Part shown: positions 13,242 to 27,897 of the stretch, one piece after another
How the letters are laid out: each line of letters starts with the position of its first letter
How positions within the stretch are numbered: the stretch's first letter is position 1
From: Octopus bimaculoides
Lineage: Eukaryota
DNA length: 64,000 nucleotides
NCBI RefSeq assembly: GCF_001194135.2
Contig: NC_068983.1
Location: 74,055,763 to 74,119,762 of the forward strand
Direction: 5' to 3'
Notes under the pieces: model-generated
Databases searched by the model: none
Told to the model about the DNA's origin: nothing
What the model saw: the letters and a program-made list of their open reading frames with translations, nothing else
Position numbers and translations under genes: made by a program

Positions 13242-13639
13242 CAGTAATTTTGTTTATATTAAAAGATTGTTTTGATTCAACTTGAAAGTCTAAAAACATT
13301 TACCACATCAAGAATGCCAGGTAATAATAGAAATTTGTTGCATCATCCTTGATAATGAAGAGATGTGAAGTGGAAATAACAAAAAAAAAAAAAAAATTTT
13401 TTTTCTTGAAAATCATTATAATTGGAAGAATGTGTTGCTAAATTTTGTAGTTCAAATGATTTAACAAGACATTTCAATCTTCCTACTTCTCCACAAGAAA
13501 ATATAAGAAATAGTTGGGAGAGAGGAGTTGAGTTGGAGAGAGGACAAATGATGAAGCATTGTTATTATAATTATTATTTGTTTAATTATAACAGTTATTA
13601 TTACCCTTATGTTAAACAAAATACTTAGCAGCATTTTGT

Positions 13640-13810
13640 CTGTCATTGTTCTACGTTCAAATTCTGTTGAGTTAGACTTTGCCTTTCATCTTTCCAGGGC
13701 TGATAAAATAAGTACCAGCTGAGCACTGTGGGGTTTTTGCAGGAGGCCACATAAATGACTTACCCTCTCCCCTGAAATTACTTGCCTTATGCCAAAATTT
13801 GAAACTATCG
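13640..13810 (+). mobile_element. SINE family D fragment
   Basis: GTTCAAATTC..GAG.TAGACTTTGCCTTTCATC..GATAAAATAAGTACCAG; related pieces at ~1120-1230, 13890-13980, 14100-14180 and 56260-56425 (-). Confidence 0.65.
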
Positions 13811-14518
13811 TTATTACAATTATTCTTATTTTTATAATAATTATTATTCTCATTAGCAGACCAAATAAAATTCTTATCAGCATTTCTTCTGGCTTTACAT
13901 TCTGAGTTCAGATTCCAACATGGCTGACATTGCCTTTCGCACGTTCAAGTTTGATAAAATAAGTACCAATCAAGCTCTGGTGTGTGTGTGAGTCAGTCAG
14001 TCATTGTAATCGAGTAGACCCTCTACCAAAATTTCTATAGTAGAAAGGATTATTATTATTATTATTACTACAGCAGTTAGAAAATCCTTAGTGGTACTTG
14101 TTCTGGTTCTTCACTTTCAGAGTTCAAATCCATCCTGCTGAGGTTGACTTTCTTGTTATCTTTCTGGGACTGATGAATTAAGGTACTGTTAAATGTACTG
14201 AGGACAGAATTAGCTTCAGCATAGAAGATTGTAGAAATAAGTATGCTAGCAATTTACCATGTTAAAAAAAATAAGACCAGGAACTGCAGGTCTTGAGCAA
14301 TTGGCTTTCCAAAACTGACATATATATTATGTAAGCAGGCCTGAGAGACTGGATGCTATGGGTAGTCTGTGGTTTGTGTTATATCACATGTTCGGATGGC
14401 GTGCCTTCACCAATAATGTACCTCTAATCAACTACCGAACTCTCACTTCCGACGACTCGACTCAACAGAACTCGACGTCTAGACTATCGATGGCTCCAGC
14501 TCGCTCTACCAACACTTC

Positions 14519-16132
14519 TTTTTCTTTATTATAGGCGTAAAGCCTGAAAAAAAAGAGGGGACATCACAAGGACAGACAATACAAAACATGGGGTACATAG
14601 AACGTATCATATGAATATAATAAATAAAAGAATGAAATGGCTTACCTGCTCCCCAAAGCAAGCAGTTCCATTCTACTATTCTAATTAATCATAATTTCAT
14701 CATTCTTTTTATACAGTCTTACATATCCTGTATGTATTCCAACAAATCATCGAACAAAACCACGTTCGGTAATGTGTCATACTGGAAAAAGTCTTGTTAG
14801 TTTTACTTCCTTACCAAACAGTGCCACCAGTTTATATGCTCTATCTTCCTCTAATAGTGCTGCTATCTCATTGCTGTGAAACAAGTCTAAGTCTTTGTCC
14901 AATTTTTCTCTTGTTAAATTTTATACTTTCACAATCCTGTTTTCAATCTCTTCTTATACATCACCATCATTCTTAAAGTCTGTCCTCTCGGCTGCCTTGT
15001 TTTCCTTGTTTGCACTATTTTTTCTCTTATCCTCTTCCTCCACCTCTCATATCTCTCTTGACTCCTACTTGTTGTCGGCTCTGGTTCCAGGATTCGAATC
15101 ACACCCTCTTTCTCTTCTGTTTTTGCCGCCTTTCTTTTTTTTTTCTTTGTTTGGACTTTTTGGCAGTGACTCTGCACTTGTCCTTTTCTTGTTTGCCACT
15201 GTTTCTCCTACCGTTTCTTCCCCCACCACTGCTTTACCATCTCTGCCTGGTTTTTCTCCAATTCCTCCTGTTTATGGGGACACTGCCTGCATGTGTCCTC
15301 TACTTCTACAATTATAACATATAGGAAGTCTTCCCTCTACCACGATTCTCAATTGGGTCTCATCGGGGAGCATCAGCTCCTCTACTATTTTATGCATGTC
15401 TGGTAGGCTTATATGAATCACGACTTCTAGACCATATCCCCATCAGTTTATCTCATCAAACTTCTCCACCTTAATCACCTCCGCTTCCTTTTCACAATTA
15501 TAGAGGATGGCTGCCACTAGCCATGCCTCATCTATTTCTGGGGGCACTCTCCCTATCCTGACTCTTGCAGCTCGTTTTCCGTAGTAGGTTGGCAAGAGTG
15601 CCCACTTAGCCATTCTCAAAGGCACCATGGAGCACCTTTTTGCTCCTTCTTCATTCATGAAGCGCACTTCCACTGTGCCGTATTTCCTTCCTCTGGCGTA
15701 GACTGTGGTCACTCCTTTGACTTCCTGCATACACTCTTCAATGGCTACAATCTCTGCTACTTCCACACGTTTAATTTCAATAAACTATTATTTTCTTCTC
15801 GGCTTTTTGTAAAGCGTCGACAGGTGGCATTAATCGGAGGCAATCCCTCTCCTTTTCAAACAATCCATTAAACTTAAAAAAATTTTTCCTTCTAACTTCA
15901 CTTATTTCAGTTGCAGCATGTCGGCTGAAAGGCTCTTGCCTGCTACTGCAGTGTAACTGCAAGCTTCCATATCTTCACCCCAAAATGGGGAAGAAATTAA
16001 TAAATTAAACAATAATTAACAAAATTCCAACAATATAGCAGTTTCAAAAATTCAAGATACAACTCCCCACTCGCGACAACAACACTATCGTCCAACCAAA
16101 TCAACAACGCAACTTGAAAAGCTGCGCGACAC
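14519..16132 (-). pseudogene. Unit 1: ORF1-only element, frameshifted, with 3' tail
   Basis: ORF 15443-15766 (YARGRKYGTVEVRF, LLPTYYGKR); knuckle CYNCRSRGHM in another frame near 15290-15330; tail 14519-14673. Confidence 0.85.
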
Positions 16133-16914
16133 TTATTTCTTTATTTGGCGCTACAGCCACAACACAGAGGGGGACACTACAAAGACAGACACAACACTAC
16201 AACAGGGACATAAAACGAATGAGAATGAGATGTTATATAAAAATGAAGATATGAAATGGCTGCATGGGCTCCACTCTCATGGAGTACCATTTGAACGTTT
16301 ATATACACTATTTACAATCGTTCTATTTTTCTATTGTTTTTTTTCTTAATCATCTTTTTTTCTTTTTTTAACATGAAACACTTTTCTTTTTCTTTTTTTT
16401 TTACCTTTCAACAAAACAATTTTATTTNNNNNNNNNNNNNNNNNNNNNNNNNNNNNNNNNNNNNNNNNNNNNNNNNNNNNNNNNNNNNNNNNNNNNNNNN
16501 NNNNNNNNNNNNNNNNNNNNNNNNNNNNNNNNNNNNNNNNNNNNNNNNNNNNNNNNNNNNNNNNNNNNNNNNNNNNNNNNNNNNNNNNNNNNNNNNNNNN
16601 NNNNNNNNNNNNNNNNNNNNNNNNNNNNNNNCTTCTTGGTTTTCTCTTTTTCTGTTCCACTTCCTTTTCTTTCGCCACTCTGAACAGTCTCTCCATTTCA
16701 CCCTCGTACAGTTGCACTCCTGAATCTTTTTCCTTCGCTGAGATAACCGGTATCTTCAACACTGTTTCCTCCTTCTATAACTCCTTCTCGAACACTTTTT
16801 CAATTTCTTTCTCCACCACCCTTTTGTCTTCCTTCCTTCCGGTCGCAGCTTTCATTTCCACCTCTTCTTTTTCTGGTTCTCTGGTGGCGGGCTAGCTCTT
16901 CCACTTCTCTATTT
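16133..16914 (-). pseudogene. Unit 2: 5'-truncated ORF1 C-terminal remnant plus tail; related to unit 15
   Basis: QLYEGEMERL shared with 46221-46817; tail 16133-16292 alignable to 45988-46157; N gap inside. Confidence 0.75.
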
Positions 16915-18311
16915 CATTAAATTGGCTATTAAGGCCTTACAAAGAGGGGACAAACAAGGAGAGACAAACGTAAAGAAGCTGTGGGCTGGACACGGACATT
17001 AATGAGATGAAGGTGATAACAAAAAAGGTTGAAATAAAAATGGGAGGGGCACCGGCGCCCACTGACCGATAACCCCTCGAAAACATTGTTCAATTTAAAT
17101 ATGCATGAAAAAAAAAAAGAACCCAATCATTTGGGTCCCCAAGCAATTTGACTTGCCGCCCGCAGACAACTCTGCAGCGACAAGTCAGGGCCCGCAAAAA
17201 GGAATGCGAGCTCTTTTTTGTCAAGGGTCATGGAGACCCTTGACAACAATGAATGCTGTACTATCTCCGCAGCTACCTGCGGAGGCCACAATGGACTGAG
17301 TGTGTGCTTNNNNNNNNNNNNNNNNNNNNNNNNNNNNNNNNNNNNNNNNNNNNNNNNNNNNNNNNNNNNNNNNNNNNNNNNNNNNNNNNNNNNNNNNNNN
17401 NNNNNNNNNNNNNNNNNNNNNNNNNNNNNNNNNNNNNNNNNNNNNNNNNNNNNNNNNNNNNNNNNNNNNNNNNNNNNNNNNNNNNNNNNNNNNNNNNNNN
17501 NNNNNNNNNNNNNNNNNNNNNNNNNNNNNNNNNNNNNNNNNNNNNNNNNNNNNNNNNNNNNNNNNNNNNNNNNNNNNNNNNNNNNNNNNNNNNNNNNNNN
17601 NNNNNNNNNNNNNNNNNNNNNNNNNNNNNNNNNNNNNNNNNNNNNNNNNNNNGCGGGCACTTTATCCTGCTCCATGGCCTTATTACGGCCTTTGGGGCAG
17701 TTCTTTTTGATGTGGCCAGCTTCCAGGCACATATGGCACCTCGGTTGCCAACCCTCAATATTAACCGGGTACTTTGCTCCGGCCAACTTCAAGAAATCCG
17801 GAAAGCACACGTCTCCTACAGCCACTGGGGACCACAAGGTCAATGTCGCCTTGGCGCCCTGCCAGTTGACTGCAGGTGACATGTGCACATTAAGGAGCCT
17901 AGGTCCACTGTCNNNNNNNNNNGCGCCCTGCCAGTTGACTGCAGGTGACATGTGCACATTAAGGAGCCTAGGTCCACTGTCCCCCAAGCCCTGCCGAATG
18001 GTATCAGCGATCCACTCGGCCTTGTAAATTGGAGGTAGTCCATGAACCCAGGCTCTAATTATTCTTCTTCCGCAGTAAGAGGGGAGGAACAAAATTTCCT
18101 CCCCCTGCAGAGTCTGGCTTGCCGCATTAGCAGCTTCCTCAGGGGAGTCAAACAACAACCACACCGTTGCATATTTGACCCCCCTGGAGATGTAATATTT
18201 CTTTGTTGGCAAACAAATTGCCAACTCTTTTTCAATTACCTCTTTATTGAAGAGAGTAATGGTATTGCGTGACCTACAATAGGTCCGCATGACCACCGTC
18301 CTCTTCTCCAT
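16915..18311 (-). pseudogene. Unit 3: divergent ORF1 subfamily B plus tail
   Basis: ORF 17127-18311 (ISRGVKYATVWLLF, FLPSYCGRR, CHMCLEAGHIKKNC); gapped; homologous to unit 22. Confidence 0.85.
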
Positions 18312-18971
18312 TTCTTTTAACCACTGCTTGGGTGGGCACAGTTCCCACTCGACTTATCGTTTTCCTTCCCACCACCGTGAATTCCTCCTCCGTTGTTTTT
18401 TCTTCCATCTCCACATGTACTACCTTGTCCGTACTCTCCTGGTTCTCCGTCTGTTATCTCTGTGGGCACCTCGCCTTCATGTGGTCTTTTTCCCCACATG
18501 TAAAACATACAGGCGGCCTGCCCTCCACCACCACCACTCTCAATCTCAAGTCATCGAGCAGCACTATCTCCTCAACAATTCGGTTTAAGTCCTCTATTGT
18601 TGCTTGGATGGTCAACTCAATCCCGTATCCCCAGTAGTTGATTCTTTGTGTCCTTGTGGCCTTCAGTATCTTGGCCTCCCCCTTCATGTTAAACATTATC
18701 TCTGTCATCAGCCATGTTTCTTTTAGTTGTAGGGGCACTTTGCCAACTCGCACTCTGGCCACACGTTTGCCACAGTATGATGGCAAAAGCACCCACTCCT
18801 CCGATCTTATTGCCTCCGTGGAATGCTTAATTGCCTTTTCCTCTGTTGCAATATCAATAACAATATCAACAATTTGAACAGTAATAATCAAACAAACAAA
18901 TATTTAACGCTCTGACTGACGACAAAAACACTCCGTTATGAATAAATCAAACCACCTACACTACGCGACGC
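18312..18971 (-). pseudogene. Unit 4: ORF1 fragment fused directly to unit 3, no tail
   Basis: ORF 18454-18891 (LLPSYCGKR, CFTCGEKDHMKARC). Confidence 0.8.
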
Positions 18972-20517
18972 TCTTTCTTTTTGGCATTACGGCCATAGCA
19001 TAGAGGGGGACACCACAAGGACAGACAACACAAAACGTCGGGTACATACAAACATATAACGAATGAATAATGAAAATGAAATGGCTTTCCTACCCACCAA
19101 AGTAGGAAGTTCCATTTTTCAGTTATTTAAAATCAGTAATTATTTTCCAGTTTGTATAGTGTTCACACCAAATAGTTTATTAACTCCTCGAATTCTGTCA
19201 CTGATGGCATTTCGTCATATCTAAATCGTAATGCTGTTATTTGTATCCTGTCTGAATATTTCTCTCAATCTTGTTGCTCTCTCATCTTCCAGCAACACTG
19301 CTTTCATATTCCGGTTCTCCACCTTGTCTGCCAGTTTTATCCTTATTACGCCTTCCATCTTGGAAATTATTTTTTCTATTTCCACGCTCTTTCCGTACTG
19401 AAGCATCACTCTTTCGTATTTCCCTTTCGTAAGTGTGTGCTTTTTCTTTTATGCTAAGGGCGTATTGCTTCTGCTTGTTGTTGCTGATGGATCTGCTTCC
19501 TCCCGTGTTTTATGTTTCTTCTGTTGTAGCTCCATTTTATGTGATGAATTTCTATCTTTCTTCCTTGTTTTGGCCTCTATGAACTTTGTGTCTTGTTCTA
19601 CGTCTTCTGTCTTCTTCCCTACTTCCATTCCACCTTCTTGTGCTTCTGTTTCTGTAGTTTCCTTCGTTAGTTTAGGACACCTTCTTCTGATGTGACTCTT
19701 CTCTCCCCACTCATGACAAGTCGGAGGCCTCCCCCCCCCCCAACATTACTTCGAGTTTATCCTCATTGGGCAGCTCCACTGTTTCTGGAATTGCTCCGTA
19801 TTCGCTCTGATTTGCCATGAAATAAATCTCAAGTCCGTACCCTTATCAATTTATTTATTGGGTTTGGGTTATCCGTATCACTTTCACATCACCGCCTCCC
19901 TCCCCTTCTCCTGCAGTAAAAACTGCTGCTATTATCCATTCGGGATCAATTCTAAGTGAGATACTACCCACCCTGATCATGGTTGTGCGTTTACCCAGGG
20001 ATGCAGGCAGGAGTGTCCATTTTTTCCCACGTAGCATCTTAGTGGAGTGTCTTCTCGCCTCCTCTTCAGAGACAAAGGTAACCGCTACTGAGGCGTACCT
20101 TCTTCCTCTAGTATAGAATGTTATATTTTCTTTCAACTTTTCCAGACACTCGTCCACCTCCTCCTGCGTCACATTCTTGAGTTTCTGACTTCTTTTCGAA
20201 AACGTTCTGTAAGTTATTGCTCTACTTTCCATTTTCTCCATTTCTTCTGGGGAGGAGGGTCAACTTTATGTTCGACCCCTCCCTCTTTATCATCTTTTGC
20301 TATTTTTTGAGCAGCTCCGCATTACATTACAATACAATTCACTTTGTTCCAGCATACCTGGGACGACAATGCCCTGACTTCCCGTTGCTGCCGCGTAGCT
20401 CTTCATTTCGATAAACAGTCACAGGCCGCCAAATAATGATGGCGTCACACTCACAAAACTCCCTCTTGATTCAACTCGTAAAACTCCTTTTTTTTTTAAT
20501 ACAATTCGCAAAAAGAC
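18972..20517 (-). pseudogene. Unit 5: ORF1-only element, degraded, with tail
   Basis: SYAAA near 20390; ORF 19855-20241 (YTRGRRYASVAVTF); degenerate knuckle near 19700; tail 18972-19116. Confidence 0.85.
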
Positions 20518-20541
20518 AAGTATAAAGTATACATAGATGTA

Positions 20542-22182
20542 TTTATTACCCACTAGGGGCCAACAAAGAGGAGACAACACATCACATGCGGGACAAAGAA
20601 CAAGTAAAAAAAAAAGGAACAAAACAACTTATGAATAATAATGAAAAATGTAAATGGGACCCACTTACGAGCAGCTCCGTTTTCTACCCTTTACTTCCTT
20701 TTGAAACCCGTTCCCTCGATCCCTCGGGAATATCAATCCCAGTTTCTTTCAGAAGCCTATCGTACATCGTAATTTCCGGCAGTGCTTCCCAATCGAAATC
20801 CACCTCGCCGAAACTGTAACCGTGCTTATACTTAAATATTTTTTCCCCTTGTTCCTTTGTTGGTAGCACGCACCTGTGCCAATCCTTAATGTTATCGAAA
20901 CACACAGTTCCTACTTCGTTTATATCGTCCCAGGACAACACCTCTTCAATCAAATCGTCATTAGATCTATATATAAAAATTTTACATTTTTTCTTCCTTC
21001 TTGTTGACTGGTAAGAGGGAGTTTGTGAGTCTTTGTGTGTACTTGTCTTTTTTTGTTTTTGTGTCGGAAGGGAATGGGTAGGCTTGGTGTCTGTGGGCAA
21101 GGGTGGGTCTGAGAGGGTGTGGGTATGGTTTGCGGTTTAGAGTTCGAAACACTTGCCTTCTTTCTCTTTTTCCCACTTGTCTTCTGATATTACTTCCACT
21201 TCCTTTCTGGTTTCTTCTTCCCATTTGGTGGTACTCTCCAATCCTATTTCCATTTGCTCCTCCATATTCTTCAGTCGCTCTTCCTCTACTTTTTTGATCT
21301 GTGAAGGGCAGTTCGCTCTAATGTGGCCTTTTGGGCAATATTTAAAACATCGAAGGACTCTTCCCTCCACCCTGTCCCTCATTTTCACGTGATTCTGTGA
21401 TATTTTCCAGTATTTCACTTCAAACTTGGACAGTCATATTCAGTACCTGTCCTTTCCATATGGCACTTTATTTTTTTGTGGCCTGGAGAACCACTATGTT
21501 GTCCTCGTTTCCTAGAAGGACAGCGGCTGCTACTCAAGCCACATCAATCTCTGGTGGAATTCCTACGCTAATTCTCGTCGCACGTAGACCACGGTAAGTG
21601 GACAGAAGCACCACTTCCTCACTCTTGATGGATGTCGCTGCTTGTTTCCTTGCTGTTACCGCGTCCTTAAACCTCGCCTCCACTACTTCAAACATTGAAC
21701 CTCTTGCGAGGTACACAATATCACTCCATATCGGTCTTAATGCCTTCTCTACCTGGCCTGTAGTCACAACGTCGATTTTTCCTTTTGAAACTGAAAATGT
21801 TCGGTACATAATGGTTCTTTCTTTAATACTATTACGCGTCTCTTGCGGGAGGGACAGTTTCACTTCAGAATTATTCCGACTCAAAAATTCATTGTACATT
21901 CCCAAATTCTCAATATCAATCTTCTTTCCCTGGCATTTTGCCACGTCAGCAAAATTCCTCTTTTCCTTGTTCAATTTCTGGTCCATCTTCCGGACCGCCT
22001 CCAACAATTCCTCCTCCAAAGACGATATGTCTGAGAAGCTGAAGTCTTCTACAGACATATTTTCCCAAAGCTAACTCTCCTCTACGAGAAGAGAAAGCAT
22101 AAACAAGCAAACAAACCGCAGCAAAGCAGCACAAAACGTTCACACACGATAGAAAAAACACTATGAAAAACGCTAACAACCA
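20542..22182 (-). pseudogene. Unit 6: full-length ORF1-only element, frameshifted, flanked by a 27-nt direct repeat
   Basis: ORF pieces 21534-22058, 21137-21418, 20684-21100; tail 20542-20685; repeat at 20518-20544 and 22183-22209. Confidence 0.9.
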
Positions 22183-22206
22183 AAGTATAAAGTATACATA
22201 GATGTA

Positions 22207-23766
22207 TTTGTTTATTACCCACAAGGGACCAATGCACAGGGGACAATACATCACATGTGGGACAAAAAAAAAACAAGAAAGAAAAACAAAACTATGTATG
22301 AGTAACCTGTATGATAAAGAAAAATGTAAATGGGACCGCTCACTCCACTTACGAGCAGCTCTATTTTCTACCCTTTACTTCCTTTTATAATCTGTTCCCT
22401 CAAGAATATTAGTCTGTTTCCTCTAGAAGCCTATCGTACGTTGTAAATTCCAGCAGTGCTTCCCAATCGAAATCCACCTCCCGATAACTGTAACCATGTT
22501 TATGACTGAATATTTTCCCCCCTTGTTCTTTCGTTGGTAGCATTACACCTGTGCCAATCCTTAATATTATCCCCCCCCCCACCAAGTTCCTACTTTTAGA
22601 TCACCCCAAGACAAAACTTCTTCGATTATAAAAACTTTACATTCATTCTTTTTTTGACTGGGGGGAGGGAGTTTGAGGTTCTTTGTGTGTACATTTTTGT
22701 TCTTGTGTCGGAGGGGAATGGGTAGACTTGGTGTCTACGGGAGGAGGGTGGGTCTGAGAGGGTGTGGTTGGGGTGGGTGTGGGTTTAGAGTTCGAAACAC
22801 TTGCCTTCTTCTGTCACTTTTTCCAGCTTGCTGTTTCCCACTGGTCTTCTGTTGTTATTTCCTCCTTCTGGTTCTCTCCAACTTCTCTTCCATTTGTTCC
22901 TCTACATTCTCTTGTCTTTCTTCCGCTGCTTCCTTGGTCTGTGAAGGGCAGTCCGCTCTGTGGCCCTTTAGGCCACATTTATAACATCGAGGGATTCTGC
23001 CCTCCACCCTTACTCTCAGCACTGTACCTTCTATGGTAATCGTTTCTGCTAGTTTTTCTAGGCTTTCCGTTGAACCCTGAATAATTAGGTCCAGCGTCTG
23101 TCCTTTCCAGTTAGTACTTTCTGTCATAGTGGCCTGGAGGACCACTATTTCTTCCTCGCTGCCGAGAAGTACAGCGGCCACCACCCAGGCCACGTCAGCC
23201 TCAGGTGGGATTCCTTCTACCCTCACCCGAGATGCCCGCCTTTCCAGGTATGTAGGTAGAAGCACTGTACTATCCGTTCTCAGTGTTTCCGCCGAGTATT
23301 TCTTCGCTTCAGCGACGTCTTTCAGACGAATCTCTATATCTTGCCAGATTGTTGCCAAGGCCTTCTCAGTCTTCTCCGCCGGCATAATCCCTTTCTTTTT
23401 TTTCAATGGAGTACACCTTGAATACAATCGTTTTTTCGTTTAGTACTTTCAAAACTTGTTGTGAAGGAGACAACCTAACATCGCCTTCCTCTCTCACTAA
23501 CATTTTCTCATAACATTTTAAATCCGATACATTTACCCCCTTACTCTGGATTTCAATGATTCTACCGAAACCCTTCTAATCTTTTGTCCATCCCCTTTAT
23601 TCACGCTACCAATCCTTCTTCGGAGGAAGACATGACAGACGCACTAAAACCAACGCACAACATTCTTCAGCTGCTCTAAAGCAGAACACACACACACACG
23701 CACACGCACACGCACACACATTAAACCGTCTTACCACTGTAAAAATACCAGTAGAATACCGCATCC
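22207..23766 (-). pseudogene. Unit 7: ORF1-only element with tail
   Basis: ORF 22855-23427 (LLPTYLERR, CYKCGLKGH); C-terminal module like unit 6; tail 22207-22370. Confidence 0.88.
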
Positions 23767-23792
23767 AAGTATAAAGTATACATAGTTGTTGA

Positions 23793-24487
23793 TTTTTTTA
23801 ATTACCCATAAGGGGCATACACAGACAGGACAATACATGACATGTGGGGACGTATAACAATTAAAAAATAATAAAATTATGATAAATATGAATGAAAATG
23901 ATATATGGAAATGTGCTACTTACCCCACCTCAGCAACATCATTTACTTCCTTTTAGATCCAGTTCAAATTAATTCCATATCGTTCTTCCAGTTCCCTTCA
24001 CACTGCCTCTAGAAGTTCTTCTTCCAAGGTACGTGGGTAAGACAATCATCCCTTTCCGTCTTCATAGAGTTTACGGAGTATTCCCTGGCCTTTTCCTTAT
24101 TTTTAAAATGCACATCAATTGTGCCGTATCGGTTTTCTCTGACAAGATATGCTATATCTTGCCAGATTGGCTTCAAAGCATTTTCTATTTCTTCCGTAGG
24201 TTTGTTTTCTATTCTTTTTTTCCTTAATTGAATATACCTATATACTATTTTCCTTTCTTCCATGTTTCTTAAAACTTCTTTAGGTGGTAAGTTTTACATC
24301 ACCACCTTCTCAATTCAACATTTTTTCGAAATTCAAATTTTTTAGGCTTGCCTCCTTCTTTGGAACCTCCGTCGCCCCCACGAAACTTTTACCCTTTAGG
24401 CACTTGTCCATTTTTTTACCGATTTTACAAGCTCCTCCTCGGATGACGACAGTTCTGAAGACGATACCTCTGATCCGCTCAGGTCCG
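23793..24487 (-). pseudogene. Unit 8: 5'-truncated, internally deleted ORF1 element with tail
   Basis: N-terminal pieces 24284-24487 and 24009-24263 (YLVRENRYGTIDVHF); knuckle absent; tail 23793-23950. Confidence 0.8.
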
Positions 24488-26683
24488 AAGTATACATAGA
24501 TGTATATAGTGGTCAAAGTATTGCGCTTTATATTTGTATTTGTAGAACTGGAAGATGTCAATTTAATTTTTTAAAGTTAATGCAACTGTAAGAATCCATT
24601 TATCGTAGATGAGATGTGCACGGATTCGAATTTCAGGAAGAACTATTTAACATTCATGTAGTGTATAATTTATGTTGTGTAACTATGCGTATACTCAAAT
24701 AATTCTAATTAATTTATCTACCAACTCGTTTGTAAATATCCCCTTATTTTGATATCACTACTAGAAAGAGCAAAGAATAGTCACAAATGTAAATCCTTGT
24801 TAGATCTTTTATAATATTTAAAAGTTTTATAGAACCTATGTATACATGTTGATAGCACTTCCGATTGACAATTTTTAAAATTCTTTTGTCTATATAATAA
24901 TAGATATAGTTTCTATTATATTTGAGGAAAGCTGTAGCGATTCTTTTGTATAGAAACGGCAACTAAAAGATTTGTGTGTATGGTGTAGCTGAGTCTATTA
25001 TTGACCAATCTAATCTGCAGTTAACTTTGTTTTGTTTAAGTTTGTGTATATAAGTAGCTAATGAGGTAGTATTACTAGTTATACTCAGCTTAAAAGAATG
25101 TATGTGTGCTAAAAAATCTTTAAAATTAACAGAACTCTGTTTGTATACCATACTATTTGAATTATCAGTTAATATAATGATGCATTTGTATATTACATTA
25201 AATCTTCTACATTTGCCTTCTAAAGGACATAATTCTTTATTTTTACATGAACAATTTTTATTTTTATATTTCTGTTCAGAGGTATAATGCCTAATATTAT
25301 TATGATTATTTGTTAAGGTGCATGGTATTATCATTGAATTTACTGTGGGATCGTTTGTCGTAGAGTTAGGTATATTTACTATTTGTGAATTATTATTATT
25401 AGCTTGTGGTGTTGTTATCTAAGGCATGTTGTATATTTTCAAATGCATGATTTTTAGAATTTTGCTGGGATTTTGTGACATCTATATTATTGCTAGGTGT
25501 TCTCGCATTTTGAGTATTAAATGAAATCCTAGTGCTACTGTTTATTTCGTTACTAATATTGTTATTGTTATTTCTAAAGTAATTTTTATATTTATTAATT
25601 TTTCTTCTATTAGAACTGGCGATAATTGATCCTATGTTTGGCGTTGTAGAGAAGGATATTTTAATTGATGATCTGTTAAATATGTGGTGATATTTATGAT
25701 TACTAGGAAAGCTTTTTTTAAAAACTATATTTAAAAACATTTTTGCCTAACTCTTAACGTTTAATGAAAAGGGAGGTGTATACCAAATAATTTCTCTCTT
25801 TCCGCTCTTAAGTAATTTATTACATTTATATATTGATTTAGGGATTTGCGTAATTTTCACTGAGTGTTTTTTTGTTATTACTATATTTAGTAACTTTTTT
25901 TATCATCACGTTTTCTAGATTTGTCGTTGTTTTATAGAAGTTTCTTCGTTTCGTATTGAGTATTATTGTTATAGTTAAGGTTACCTTTATTTCTTGTTTT
26001 AGTATAACATGCAGTTTTGATTGATTCCATCTGTGCGATGTAAATCTTTAGTATCCTTTATATATTTAATGCTTTGTTTTAATCCACTAGCAGCTTAAGC
26101 CTGATTGTAATAGCTTGCATGATTATTAAAAAATTCTTCATTATAAGATAGATCAGATACTCTACAAGATATACTATTTACGATACTATTAAGTAATGAT
26201 ATATGATGATTTGAGTTAATGTTTATATATTTAAGGTATTCGTTGGGTTTATGGAAAGGAGAGTAAGTAGAAGTATTAAGATCTAGAGTTACGTCTAAGA
26301 AATTTGCTTTAGAGCAGCTTTCCTCAAATATAACAAATAAAAATTTTAATAAAATTTTTGTAGTTCTTCTCCCATTTTTCCTATTTTTCTTTTGGATCTG
26401 CCGTTATATACTAGGAGAGTATCATCTCTCTATAATCCTCCCTTCAGAGACGGGAAGTAATGCTTGGTCTCGTATAACAAATATAATCTTACTAAGTCGG
26501 TAATTTGTGCGGAATTGGACAATCTCATGGTGATATCAAATAAATAAAATAAATTATTATTGTCAAAGTGGCACCATAATTTGTCATTGAATTTAATAAG
26601 TGTTTTTCTAGCTAATAGAATAATATCGATTTCTAGTGGTGTAATATCAGTGAGACTTGACTAGAATTATAGTTTTATTTAAT

Positions 26684-27354
26684 ACTAGCAGAAATACCCG
26701 GCATTGCCCGGGTGAAAGAGAATAATGAAATCTAAAAACGCCGTCTAGACTACGCAACCCTCAACTGTTAGTAGCTACGATACCATATTTCTACATTAAT
26801 ANNNNNNNNNNACTGTTAGTAGCTACGATACCATATTTCTACATTAATAACTCTCCAATCCATGCCAGCATGGAACATAGACATTAAGTCGAATGCCAGT
26901 CTCTCATCTGGGAAGGTTTGGAATCAATGTTACCAACTGGGGACTGTGTCTCGCAGTGATAATAAAAAGACTCAAAGGAGGTCTGCAACGAAATAATTTT
27001 ACTCAACACTTTGCAAGTGAATCAGTCGAGGCAAATATGCGTCTCATTTACTTGACAATTTATGCACCACATTGCAGAAATCACAATGTAAGTATATCTG
27101 AAAGGGTAGTCTTACACTGTTGTACCGTTGAATTACAAATAATGCTCATCTGTTATGTTCGGCTTAAAATTTCATTAACATCAAAAATATATGAATTTTC
27201 ATGGGAGTTATGGCCGTTATACATAGAATATAATTTCCAAATTTCATAAAGATCCATTTAGTACTTTTTGACCTAGTTTTGGATAAGAAAACAAATGCCT
27301 AATGTGTGTGTTTATGTGTGTGATGGGTGTATATATGTATAGATATCTGTATGC

Positions 27355-27397
<43 letters not shown>

Positions 27398-27897
27398 TAT
27401 TTCATGTACGTCTATATATATATATATATATATATATACNNNNNNNNNNTATACATCTACACATATGTATACATATACATGTATGCATATAGATCTATAT
27501 CTCTATATATATATCTATACATATACGTGTACATATACATCTATATGTATACATATACATCTTTCTCTCTCTCTCTCTAAAGGTATCTGTCATTACAGTA
27601 TCGAAATATGATTGTTTCAGTTAGTGGAATAGTTTCATTTTTAAAGTGAAAGTATTTGACATGAGTGTTTTTGTTTTACTTTTGACACGTAATACTTAAA
27701 TAGTGGAGGAGATATTATGTTGCCGTGGGCTCGAACTCTGCAAGAAGTTAAAAATTTTCTTTGACTAAAACACAACTGGAACCTTAAGTAAGGCATCTGT
27801 AAAATTTGAATGAAATTGGTTGCGTAGTTCTCGAGTTTTAGGGATTGACAGACAGACAGGCAGACAGACACACATTCTTATTTTTATATATATAGAT
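26684..27897 (+). mobile_element. Non-autonomous Helitron/Helentron-like element inserted in the Penelope element
   Basis: Starts ACTAGCAGAAATACCCGGCATTGCCCGG; ends with (GACA)n...TTTTTATATATATAGAT; internal (TA)n. Confidence 0.6.

Noticed and set aside
17853-17990. Direct duplications flanking 10-N gaps (also ~5531-5636, ~26766-26845, ~38861-39030)
   Set aside because: Identical sequence on both sides of a fixed-length N spacer is the signature of overlapping contig ends, not biology.
20518-23785. Shared ~25-nt 5' motif as a trans-spliced leader
   Set aside because: Other units begin with unrelated motifs, and the same sequence occurs at 24488 and 29363 as part of a longer genomic repeat; a TSD explanation is simpler.
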